Below, in pieces: positions 38,504 to 46,504 of a DNA stretch of 64,000 nucleotides. Each line of letters begins with the position of its first letter. Position 1 is the first letter of the stretch. The notes beneath the pieces are model-generated. The model saw only the letters and a list, made by a program, of their open reading frames with translations. It had not been told where the DNA came from and searched no databases. Where the stretch lies: positions 1-64,000 of the IMG/VR virus record IMGVR_UViG_3300028275_000006; one strand, 5' to 3'. The translations under genes were made by a program, and so were the position numbers.

Positions 38504-38952
38504 GAAACCTCAGACTTGCCTTCGGCAATCTTTTTAACATTAATAAATCCAGCACCTCTATCTGACATATCGATGCCCTCTTCGCTGGCTACATTTTTGC
38601 ATAGTTCTCTAAACCAACGATCCACAATTTCTTCATCAGGATCGCCATCAAATCCATAACCCGCTTGTTTTAATTGTACTACAAATTCATCGTTCCAGTC
38701 AATCTCGAAGAAACCATTCTTTAAGTTATCTTTATTGACATGTGTCTCCAAAACAGCGACCCAAGGTTCTCCTTTGGCTGTAGCACGGTCTTTTGGAGTC
38801 ATTTTAGCCAATTCTTCTTCGCGTTTGGCTACTGCTTCTTTGGCTGTTGCTTCTTCAGCACGGGCAAGTGCTTCTGCACGTTCTTTTTCTAGACGTTCTT
38901 TTTCTGCTTCTAATTTGTCTATGCCAAATAATTTTTTAATAATTGCTTTCAT
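38500..38952 (-). CDS. hypothetical protein with an N-terminal coiled coil
   Basis: Start moved to MKAIIKK after GGGGGA; acidic C-terminal domain. Confidence 0.65.
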   Translation of the reverse strand: MKAIIKKLFGIDKLEAEKERLEKERAEALARAEEATAKEAVAKREEELAKMTPKDRATAKGEPWVAVLETHVNKDNLKNGFFEIDWNDEFVVQLKQAGYGFDGDPDEEIVDRWFRELCKNVASEEGIDMSDRGAGFINVKKIAEGKSEVS

Positions 38953-39619
38953 GTTTCCCCCATACCCGCGATTGCGGATAAAAAAATGCGTTTTCGTTTT
39001 GCCCCATATCCCAAATAATACTGCCCATTGTATTTCTTTCATTTAGTGGCAACGATTGAATAAAAGTATTTGTACTATAACGAACACCTTTAGTTATTGG
39101 TTTAACTTCGTGTACCCAAAGAGGATCTGCTGGAAAAATCATAGCATCTCCTTTATTCAATTTAACTTCGTATCTGCCATTCCAAAAAGTAAATTCGCCA
39201 CCTTCATAGTCGTCATTTAATGAAATAGTACAACTGGCGTGAATCATTTCCTCCCAATCCACATGAGGATGTATCCATTCGCCGACTTCGTATTTCATAA
39301 GTCGGTGCATGTGGGAAAATCTTAAAGATTTTTTTAATGCTGTAGTGTGAAACGCTTTAAACTCTTCTAGATATGTTATCCAATCTTCGATAATTTTATT
39401 TGTATGATTATGTACTACTAAAAAGTTTTCTGTATCAGGAATTAACTCTACTCTTTTAAAAGTAGAAGTAGTCATTTTATTAGTTACGGCGTGTATGCAA
39501 CTTTCTTGAACCGCACTGGCAGAACGCAATTCGTATTCGTCAATTAACGAATTGCATTGGTCTTCTGTTAATGCGTTTCTAACAACAAAAATTAAATCGG
39601 ATAACTTTATATCTTCCAT
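38936..39619 (-). CDS. 2OG-Fe(II) oxygenase (prolyl-4-hydroxylase-like)
   Basis: HxD (HPHVD), LNDDYEGGEF, distal H (WVHEVKP) and R (GVRYS). Confidence 0.88.
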   Translation of the reverse strand: MEDIKLSDLIFVVRNALTEDQCNSLIDEYELRSASAVQESCIHAVTNKMTTSTFKRVELIPDTENFLVVHNHTNKIIEDWITYLEEFKAFHTTALKKSLRFSHMHRLMKYEVGEWIHPHVDWEEMIHASCTISLNDDYEGGEFTFWNGRYEVKLNKGDAMIFPADPLWVHEVKPITKGVRYSTNTFIQSLPLNERNTMGSIIWDMGQNENAFFYPQSRVWGKHESNY

Positions 39620-40483
39620 TTATGTTCCCCACTCATTTTTAAAGAGTGGAACTTGTAATCTATCGCTGTAGCGTAAACCGTTTTTCATTGCTAGTTCCGC
39701 TACACGCCTGTTGTTAAGAGTATAGACACTTTCAACGCCACCCACGGGCATAAGATATATAGGACCGGTAAAACCATTTTCTCTATAAATGTCAGCAGTT
39801 TCAATTGCTTCCTCCGCATCTTCTTCTGTGGCCACTACAAATTTAAGATATGTATGACCGTATTCTTCGTATTCACAAACTACGTCTGGACGAATTGCTT
39901 CGTGACGTTCTTCACCGGAGCAACTTAATTTAGCACTAACACTAAATGTAACTTCTCGCCAAAAATCTTTATCGCTGTGATATTTCCATGTGTGCAGATA
40001 TTGCTTGAACTCGTCGGTGAGTTTTTGAGTACCATTCGTTTCAAATGTAATCTCTTTTAAGTTTGTCATTTTTGGATGGTCGAGCAAGTCTGGATACGCT
40101 CGTTGCCATCCAAGCAAAGGTTCCCCTCCGGTAATGACCAAGTGTTCGTCTCGCCATTCGTTGAAGGGTAGAATCTCTGCGATCCTGTCTGCGATGGCGT
40201 CTGAAGTGAGCATTGGACTAAGATCCTTAAAGCGAGGATCCCAACTAGCATAACTATCACAGCCCGTAGATACCAAAGGAAGTTCTTCATATTTTTTATA
40301 TGGGGTTCGTTCATGTTGGATTGCAATATCTTCAACTTCTGTACTTAGTTCACCTTTTGGTAATCCAAAGCCAGCACATTTAAAGTTACAACCAAATGTT
40401 CTCAAGAAAACAGACGGTACACCCATGTAACGTCCTTCGCCTTGAATACTATAAAATAATTCTGCAATTTTTAATTTGCTCAT
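39620..40483 (-). CDS. queE: 7-carboxy-7-deazaguanine synthase (radical SAM)
   Basis: ELFYSIQGEG, VFLRTFGCN, VITGGEP, ETNGT, RLQVPL; the Cys motif is split by an insertion. Confidence 0.9.
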   Translation of the reverse strand: MSKLKIAELFYSIQGEGRYMGVPSVFLRTFGCNFKCAGFGLPKGELSTEVEDIAIQHERTPYKKYEELPLVSTGCDSYASWDPRFKDLSPMLTSDAIADRIAEILPFNEWRDEHLVITGGEPLLGWQRAYPDLLDHPKMTNLKEITFETNGTQKLTDEFKQYLHTWKYHSDKDFWREVTFSVSAKLSCSGEERHEAIRPDVVCEYEEYGHTYLKFVVATEEDAEEAIETADIYRENGFTGPIYLMPVGGVESVYTLNNRRVAELAMKNGLRYSDRLQVPLFKNEWGT

Positions 40484-40944
40484 ATACAGTCACCTTGTTC
40501 TGCCAGTTTACTGGCGCTTGATTTTTCTTTACCTGCTTGTCTAAACAGTTTAACATCTTTAATTGCAGATTTCAATGTTTCGGCATAATTCAGTGCCTGT
40601 TGTTCAGTCATAGAAATAGTTGTTTCAACGGTCACTGCACCAGTTGTCCAAAGTTGCCAAGTTACTTTCAAACGAGTCCATAGCCCATTAATTAAATCTT
40701 TAACAAACCAATCAATCTCTTGTAGATACGGACTATCAATATCGTATCTTTTTTCAACTAGTTCAGACCAATAATCAGTTTTAGCAGTTGCGTAAATGTT
40801 TACATTAATACCAGTCTCACTAGATTCAACTTCTACATTGTGATCGTGATACTCTTGCCCGCAACCGCAGACAATTTGATAAAACTTAGTGTCGCCAAAG
40901 TCACTGCGTTTTAGAATTCCTTCTGCTGGTTGCTCTAATTTCAT
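40480..40944 (-). CDS. hypothetical protein
   Basis: 154 aa; CGC..H near the N-terminus. Confidence 0.65.
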   Translation of the reverse strand: MKLEQPAEGILKRSDFGDTKFYQIVCGCGQEYHDHNVEVESSETGINVNIYATAKTDYWSELVEKRYDIDSPYLQEIDWFVKDLINGLWTRLKVTWQLWTTGAVTVETTISMTEQQALNYAETLKSAIKDVKLFRQAGKEKSSASKLAEQGDCI

Positions 40945-41261
40945 TGTTTGAACATCTCTAAGTTAATAATTTTAGCAACACGCTCGCCAATATCTTCTCC
41001 GTTAGGAATCACATAAGTTTGACTTTCGTGTCTATCTTTACGGTCATCGTAGTGTCTTACATTTAAAATTTTACCACCGACGGCGGTGCTTAATTCGAAA
41101 GTGATTCGTCCTTCACCTTCTGCACGACCGCGTTCTATTGCTTGTGCTGTTCCGATTGCCAATTTATACTCTCTTTCTTTCATAGTTGCTTCTTCGTACT
41201 TGTGTCGATTATCCCACATATCGCGGACTTTTCCATACAACCATTTATCGACAAAATTCAT
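40941..41261 (-). CDS. hypothetical protein
   Basis: Start at MNFVDK gives an ATGA overlap with the upstream gene. Confidence 0.6.
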   Translation of the reverse strand: MNFVDKWLYGKVRDMWDNRHKYEEATMKEREYKLAIGTAQAIERGRAEGEGRITFELSTAVGGKILNVRHYDDRKDRHESQTYVIPNGEDIGERVAKIINLEMFKQ

Positions 41262-41473
41262 TTGCATGTCTCCAACCATTTATCAAGAATATTTACAGCA
41301 TCATTGAAATCGATACCATATACTTCTGCACTGATAACATTGTCTTTGATTTGTATATCAAACGGAACAGTTCCGTTAAATCGAAAATCTTCGGGAACAT
41401 CTGTCTCTACAATATACTTGTGTAGATTTTTTGCTCTATTAATTAAATTAGTCGCCATGTCTACTGAATTCAT
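41258..41473 (-). CDS. hypothetical protein
   Basis: 71 aa, overlaps the folE stop codon. Confidence 0.55.
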   Translation of the reverse strand: MNSVDMATNLINRAKNLHKYIVETDVPEDFRFNGTVPFDIQIKDNVISAEVYGIDFNDAVNILDKWLETCK

Positions 41474-42168
41474 CTTGGTGCAAACTCCTGTTGTAGTTTA
41501 ATGTTATCAAAGAACTCTTTCTTTGTACCAGCATCGTCTTTGAACGCACCTTTAAGTACAGTAGTTTGAGTTAATGAACTATGTGCCATAATGCCACGAT
41601 TCTCACAGCATCCATGAACTGCCTGAATATAAACGCCAATATCACTTGCGCCAGTGGCCTTTTCAATTTCTCTGGCTATGTCGTTACACAATTCTTCCTG
41701 TAAGGTACCACGACGAGCGCACCATTGCGCGATTCGTGTGTATTTTGACAGCCCAATGAGTTTTTGGGCGGCGATGATTCCGATGTAGGCAACACCAGAA
41801 ACAGGCTGATGATGATGACTACACATACTACGAAGCTCACTCCTAACCACCAACATACCCTCATAACGATCTTCGCTATCGTTAGGAAACGCTGTTGCAT
41901 CTGGTGCTGGTTCATATCTTCCTGCCATTATTTCGTTAAAGTACATTTTTGCTAATCGTTTCGCTGTACCGTGCGAGTTAGGATCTGTCTCTCTGTCAAT
42001 AAGAAGTTTGTCTAAAACACTTTCAAATGCCTCAGTTGCTTCTTTGATTAGTTGTTCTTTGACTAGATCAGATTCGATGTATTCGCTGATGTTATCTCCT
42101 GCCCAGAATCTTTTTCCGTCTAGGACCATCTTTTCGCGAATCGCTTGTGCTAAATTTTTTTCTGACAT
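41470..42168 (-). CDS. folE: GTP cyclohydrolase I
   Basis: SMCSHH, GLSKYTRI, QEELC, HGCCENRGI. Confidence 0.95.
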   Translation of the reverse strand: MSEKNLAQAIREKMVLDGKRFWAGDNISEYIESDLVKEQLIKEATEAFESVLDKLLIDRETDPNSHGTAKRLAKMYFNEIMAGRYEPAPDATAFPNDSEDRYEGMLVVRSELRSMCSHHHQPVSGVAYIGIIAAQKLIGLSKYTRIAQWCARRGTLQEELCNDIAREIEKATGASDIGVYIQAVHGCCENRGIMAHSSLTQTTVLKGAFKDDAGTKKEFFDNIKLQQEFAPR

Positions 42169-42182
42169 TATTTCTCCGAGTT

Positions 42183-42200
42183 ATAGACGAGGATGTCTAT
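42183..42200 (-). promoter_or_regulatory. leader hairpin upstream of the folE SD
   Basis: ATAGAC-ATCCTC-GTCTAT between the -10 box and GGAG. Confidence 0.45.
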
Positions 42201-42205
42201 GTAAT

Positions 42206-42234
42206 ATAATATAGTTTATTTAGGTTTTTGTCAA
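42206..42234 (-). promoter_or_regulatory. sigma70-type promoter for the folE-queE operon
   Basis: TTGACA-N17-TATTAT. Confidence 0.75.
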
Positions 42235-42447
42235 CTAAGTGCGTATACTTTTCTTATCAATATGTTGTTGTTCATATCGTAATCTACGGCATTCTTCCCT
42301 GACTGTATTAGGGATATCAGGATGCCATTCTGCCATCCCGCAATCATAGATGCGAGTTTGACTACCGTAATCGGTAAAAATAAGAATAAGCACAGCCGCT
42401 ATTAAAGCGACTGCGGCTGTAATCTTTCCGATAATAGTATCCGACAT
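42235..42447 (-). CDS. small membrane-anchored protein
   Basis: N-terminal hydrophobic helix; two Cys (DCG...ECR). Confidence 0.6.
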   Translation of the reverse strand: MSDTIIGKITAAVALIAAVLILIFTDYGSQTRIYDCGMAEWHPDIPNTVREECRRLRYEQQHIDKKSIRT

Positions 42448-42635
42448 AAGTCAGCATCCTTTTTTGATTTGAATGTAAATTTCATGTAGTCGTGTTGTGG
42501 ATGACTTTCGTATCTTCCGCCAGGTAGGCCAAATACTTCGAGCACCATGGCGCAAGTTTCATTCCACCAAAAACCTGATTGCCCGTCCCAATGGACGTAG
42601 ATATTATTCTGATCTTCCACTGGTGCAACTATCAT
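42402..42635 (-). CDS. hypothetical protein
   Basis: 77-aa ORF. Confidence 0.55.
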   Translation of the reverse strand: MIVAPVEDQNNIYVHWDGQSGFWWNETCAMVLEVFGLPGGRYESHPQHDYMKFTFKSKKDADLCRILLSERLQPQSL

Positions 42636-42804
42636 TCCAAAGTTCTTGTGCTCTGCGCTTATAGTCTTCTAATTCCCACACGGCTAATTTTTCACGAAAT
42701 ACTTCTTCGCTTAATCCGTGCCAGCCGATACAGTCTCCTGTAGGACTACGACCACAACCGCAAGTTCCAATTTTCTTTCCTTCTTCAGGTACTCTTACTT
42801 GCAT
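42604..42804 (-). CDS. CDGSH-like Fe-S/zinc-finger protein
   Basis: CGCGRSPTGDCIGWH resembles C-x-C-x2-S-x5-C-D-G-S-H; likely start MQVRV. Confidence 0.55.
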   Translation of the reverse strand: MQVRVPEEGKKIGTCGCGRSPTGDCIGWHGLSEEVFREKLAVWELEDYKRRAQELWNDSCTSGRSE

Positions 42805-43168
42805 TTTTATAATTTCCTTTACTTGGTATAACGTGACGAACCCCGCCACGAGGGTCTTCCATATCACCCTTGCGTCTAGGGATCATGTGTATATGAGGAT
42901 ACATTACTGTTTGGCCAGCAGTCTCGCCACAGTTTTGTCCGACATTAAAAGCGTCCCAACGTTCAGATTGGACACCATCGAACCCGAACTTGTATGCTCC
43001 TTTGAAACATTCGACGATGTTGGTAAAACGTTCATAGGTTGGCACAAAAAGCAAATGTCCTTCCGTAACTGGGTAGGCATCGTTGAAGACCCAATAGTCT
43101 TTTGTTCTGTACTCGATACTAGTCCATGGTGCTCTGCGTTCATCTAGTGCCCTTTCTAAATCAGTCAT
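42785..43168 (-). CDS. HIT-family nucleotide hydrolase
   Basis: DAYPVTEGHLLFVP; GETAGQTVMYPHIHMIPRR.GD. Confidence 0.88.
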   Translation of the reverse strand: MTDLERALDERRAPWTSIEYRTKDYWVFNDAYPVTEGHLLFVPTYERFTNIVECFKGAYKFGFDGVQSERWDAFNVGQNCGETAGQTVMYPHIHMIPRRKGDMEDPRGGVRHVIPSKGNYKNASKST

Positions 43169-43716
43169 AACCAAAATTCTTCCCAAGGATAAACAAGCCA
43201 ACAATCTTCTTGTCGCTTGTCTACGGTCCAAACATGATAGTCTGGATCTTTAAACTCACTGCCGTAATTATGTGTTAATACAGCAAAACGAACATTGTCT
43301 CCCCATACTTGATTCCATGCTTCATCGTTAGGAAAACAACCACTGGGCCAATCTTTCTTAATCCAATTAAGAGTAGATCCTTGATCGTTAATATCGTCTA
43401 CAATTAAGATTTTCTTTTTAAGACGTTCTAAATGTTTGTGATCGCCCCAAATGTGCCTTTCGTCATTGGGAACAACTCCCAAGGCATCTTCGGCCATCCA
43501 AAGATTACTTTCGCAATCGTTTTTATTATCGCGAAGGCTGACATTAAGTGTGTGCATCTTAATGCCAGTATATTGACTTAGTAAGTTAGCCGGAACAAGA
43601 CCACCGCGTGTAATACCTACAATATAGTCAGGCCTCCAATTATGTTCAGACATTTGGCGAGCAATTTCTAAACATGCGCCTTCAACTTGTGACCAACTGT
43701 AGTATACTTTCTTCAT
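43165..43716 (-). CDS. type I phosphoribosyltransferase (purine/Gpt-like)
   Basis: IVGITRGGLVPA, PRPP-binding ILIVDDINDQGST, WLVYPWE. Confidence 0.88.
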   Translation of the reverse strand: MKKVYYSWSQVEGACLEIARQMSEHNWRPDYIVGITRGGLVPANLLSQYTGIKMHTLNVSLRDNKNDCESNLWMAEDALGVVPNDERHIWGDHKHLERLKKKILIVDDINDQGSTLNWIKKDWPSGCFPNDEAWNQVWGDNVRFAVLTHNYGSEFKDPDYHVWTVDKRQEDCWLVYPWEEFWL

Positions 43717-43949
43717 GCAGTTAACCCATAGGCCAATGATTGACATTCTTCTTTAGTCATAAAGAAATTATAAGTTTGTGTACCAACAACTTCACCGTCT
43801 TTAAGACTTTCTTGAACCATATCGATACTAAACAAACCTTTAGGGCTTAGTACTTCGTGTTTCTTTAATGTTAGCCTAAAACCGGCGTGTTCTTTGACAA
43901 CCATTTCTTTATAAGTATCTCTAACTGATTCATGTAGTTCCATCATCAT
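43713..43949 (-). CDS. hypothetical protein
   Basis: 78 aa, coupled to the PRTase start. Confidence 0.55.
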   Translation of the reverse strand: MMMELHESVRDTYKEMVVKEHAGFRLTLKKHEVLSPKGLFSIDMVQESLKDGEVVGTQTYNFFMTKEECQSLAYGLTA

Positions 43950-44382
43950 CTCCTTTAATTGCGTCCCACGTTCTATATTTGGCTAATGCCTTAATATAGT
44001 CATCATACATCTTTTTTAACTTTGGATGCTTCTTTTCTAGTTTAACATCTCGCTCGGGAATTTGCAAGACTTTTTCAATTGTGTTTAACCTTTCTTCTAG
44101 GTCAACACCATTTAATACCATTCGACCTTTAACTTCTAACTCCGGTGGATCGTTTTTGGCAACCATCACCGGATTGGTAGTAGGATTAGCCCAAGTTACA
44201 TTTGTACCTGTAGTATAAGTTAACGGCACAGATGTAGTGCCGGCTCCGGTTGAAATCGTATATCCACTGCCAGAGCCGCCTGTGCCGTTCGATACTAAAA
44301 CACTACCTGAACCGGCACCGGAACCTGCTATGCCGCCGGCTGTATTAAGTATTACGCTTCCGTGATTGTAAGTATAGCTCAT
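43930..44382 (-). CDS. hypothetical protein with a Gly/Thr-rich N-terminus and a helical C-terminus
   Basis: 150-aa ORF. Confidence 0.6.
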   Translation of the reverse strand: MSYTYNHGSVILNTAGGIAGSGAGSGSVLVSNGTGGSGSGYTISTGAGTTSVPLTYTTGTNVTWANPTTNPVMVAKNDPPELEVKGRMVLNGVDLEERLNTIEKVLQIPERDVKLEKKHPKLKKMYDDYIKALAKYRTWDAIKGDDDGTT

Positions 44383-44800
44383 TTGGTATCCATTTATTAT
44401 TAACGAGAAATCCCCATTCTCTCTTTTGCGGACCTGGCATAAAAAGTGTCCAACACTCTACGTTGGGATCAATTTCAATTCTATGAAAACTGTTGGCACT
44501 ACAAATTCTAAAGTGTCCAGGCTTTCTCCATTTGGCAATTTCACAGACCTTTACTCCCTGGCTGTTAAATTGAGGAATCCATTCCCAATAGCCACCTTTT
44601 AGAATAAGTGTGGCATAAGGCCATGGGTGATCATGCACATCATCTGGATCACCTTTATGAAACTTGTGTAAGAATACATTAAATGGAAACCATTTACGAT
44701 CCTTTAAAAATAGATAATAACGTGTAAGTAACGGCTCGTCACAGGTACGATCCATAATAATACGCTTGCGACCGAGACGTTCTAACAGTTTTAATATCAT
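44345..44800 (-). CDS. cupin-fold protein
   Basis: HDHPWP...LKGGYWE and distal FHRIE: the H-x-H...E...H metal site. Confidence 0.75.
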   Translation of the reverse strand: MILKLLERLGRKRIIMDRTCDEPLLTRYYLFLKDRKWFPFNVFLHKFHKGDPDDVHDHPWPYATLILKGGYWEWIPQFNSQGVKVCEIAKWRKPGHFRICSANSFHRIEIDPNVECWTLFMPGPQKREWGFLVNNKWIPNELYLQSRKRNT

Positions 44801-45870
44801 ACAAGTCTTTCTAAGAGTCCATTTGCAGAAAAGAAATTTTCAGTTAAGTCTTGAGTTTGTTTTCTAAGTTGTGGTAAAAACTTTTCATAGTTATCCATAT
44901 ACTGGATAATCTTTGCACATATTTCTGGACGGTGTGCTTTATATGCTTCGAAACTTTCAGTCCATTCACTAGGATACTTAAAAGTATCATAGCCCATTTC
45001 ACTGTAACTAAGTCTATCTGGCACCATAGGAATAGCATCTACAACAGCGCCTTCATACCAACTAATCCCTAATGTCTCTTGTAAGTTTGCAGAGAACACT
45101 AATTTCGATTCGCCTAACAAGTTATGATATTCATTTTTTGTTAGTTGTTGATCCTGACAGACTACGAACTCGTACTGTGGCAAGTGTTCTTTTAAATCTC
45201 TAAAAATTTCAACTTGCTTCTCGGGTGCGATGCGATGAGGGAAAAGAATTAAATCACGTTTTTTCATCCCTTTATATGGAGTTAATGTATCTTCCATATA
45301 CTCCATTGGCCAACCTGTGCGTACAATTTTTCCTTTATCGATATATGATGCTTTTGCAGTATCGTAATCTATGTTTAAAAGATTATGACAAAACATTTCA
45401 ATATGGAATGTTGTAGCAAAGTAGTTATGATCTATAGCATGAAAGAAACTCTTTTCAGCATTTCTGACCCAAGGAGCATCGCCAATTAGACGACCTAAAA
45501 AGTCCTGTGGATCGTAACTACCGGCATGCCATAGTGCGTGAATAGTTACAGGAATCTGTAACAGTTCACTCATATACTTTAGGTTGATGATACCAGGGTG
45601 CCAAGCATCAGTAAAGATGAAGTGATCATTAGGAGCCACTGATCCGGCGCAAAACAACCTACCCATTTGCTCAACTTGAGCAGACTTGTATATATTGGTG
45701 CCACCAAAATTAAGAAAAGCACCAGGAGTAGTGGCTGAAGGAATATCCGTAGGCCCAGATAAAACTTGAACATCGTGTCCTCTCTTTCTCAGGATAGCCG
45801 GTAGGTGGGTCTTCCACTGCGCTGTATAGCGTGTTTCTACCGGCTCAAGGTCTACTAAGTAGACGGTCAT
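44797..45870 (-). CDS. GT-B glycosyltransferase (GT4-like)
   Basis: LFPHRIAPEK; EX7E motif ETLGISWYE; IPMVPDRLSYSE. Confidence 0.82.
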   Translation of the reverse strand: MTVYLVDLEPVETRYTAQWKTHLPAILRKRGHDVQVLSGPTDIPSATTPGAFLNFGGTNIYKSAQVEQMGRLFCAGSVAPNDHFIFTDAWHPGIINLKYMSELLQIPVTIHALWHAGSYDPQDFLGRLIGDAPWVRNAEKSFFHAIDHNYFATTFHIEMFCHNLLNIDYDTAKASYIDKGKIVRTGWPMEYMEDTLTPYKGMKKRDLILFPHRIAPEKQVEIFRDLKEHLPQYEFVVCQDQQLTKNEYHNLLGESKLVFSANLQETLGISWYEGAVVDAIPMVPDRLSYSEMGYDTFKYPSEWTESFEAYKAHRPEICAKIIQYMDNYEKFLPQLRKQTQDLTENFFSANGLLERLV

Positions 45871-46100
45871 TGGCGACCATTCCTGTAGTTGTTATTGTAC
45901 CCGTTGTTATTACGGGGACGATTTTCAAATCGTCTGTCGTTGTTATAACGACGAGGACGCTTAGACGCCTCGTAAGCCTGCCAAGTTTTACTTTGGCGGT
46001 TATACAAGTCTGCCTCATTGTAAGGCAGAAGGTTGAATCTGCAAAAATCTAGCAGATTGTCAAGATCGTCAAAAATTTGAACGACTTCTTTTTTCATCAT
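45867..46100 (-). CDS. small protein with an Arg/Asn-rich tail
   Basis: C-terminal RPRRYNNDRRFENRPRNNNGYNNNYRNGRQ. Confidence 0.6.
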   Translation of the reverse strand: MMKKEVVQIFDDLDNLLDFCRFNLLPYNEADLYNRQSKTWQAYEASKRPRRYNNDRRFENRPRNNNGYNNNYRNGRQ

Positions 46101-46108
46101 TGTTTCCT

Positions 46109-46504
46109 TTAGTATTTGATGAATGAACCATTTTCTCCGTCTTCGGAGACCTCAATCCAAATCTCGCGATTTGGATACTTCTTGCTAATGATGTCATGTA
46201 ATTCGTCAGACATCATTTCACAACTCTTGTAGTCAAGGCTTATAGTGGCACCTTGACCATTATACAACGACTCGAGCCATCGTTTGAATTGGATGAATTC
46301 GATGTCCCTGTCATTGTGTTGCACACTGATCCACACCCTGAAATGAAAGATGTGGCGATGAGGGTGACCCAAAAACGATACGTCATATTCGTCTCCTGTT
46401 GCTAGATTAGGATCTGTTAGTGCCGCAGGATACTTATGGATACCTTCTTTGCGGAAAGTTACCCAGATCATTTTGTTTGGTCTAATGTCTTGTTTGATAA
46501 TCAT
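46109..46504 (-). CDS. dpdL: QueD-paralogous T-fold protein, DpdL-like
   Basis: LGHPHRHIF (LxxxHRHxF in place of QueD CxxxHGH), SCEMMS, VSEDGENG; start at MIIKQ (ATGA overlap). Confidence 0.65.
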   Translation of the reverse strand: MIIKQDIRPNKMIWVTFRKEGIHKYPAALTDPNLATGDEYDVSFLGHPHRHIFHFRVWISVQHNDRDIEFIQFKRWLESLYNGQGATISLDYKSCEMMSDELHDIISKKYPNREIWIEVSEDGENGSFIKY

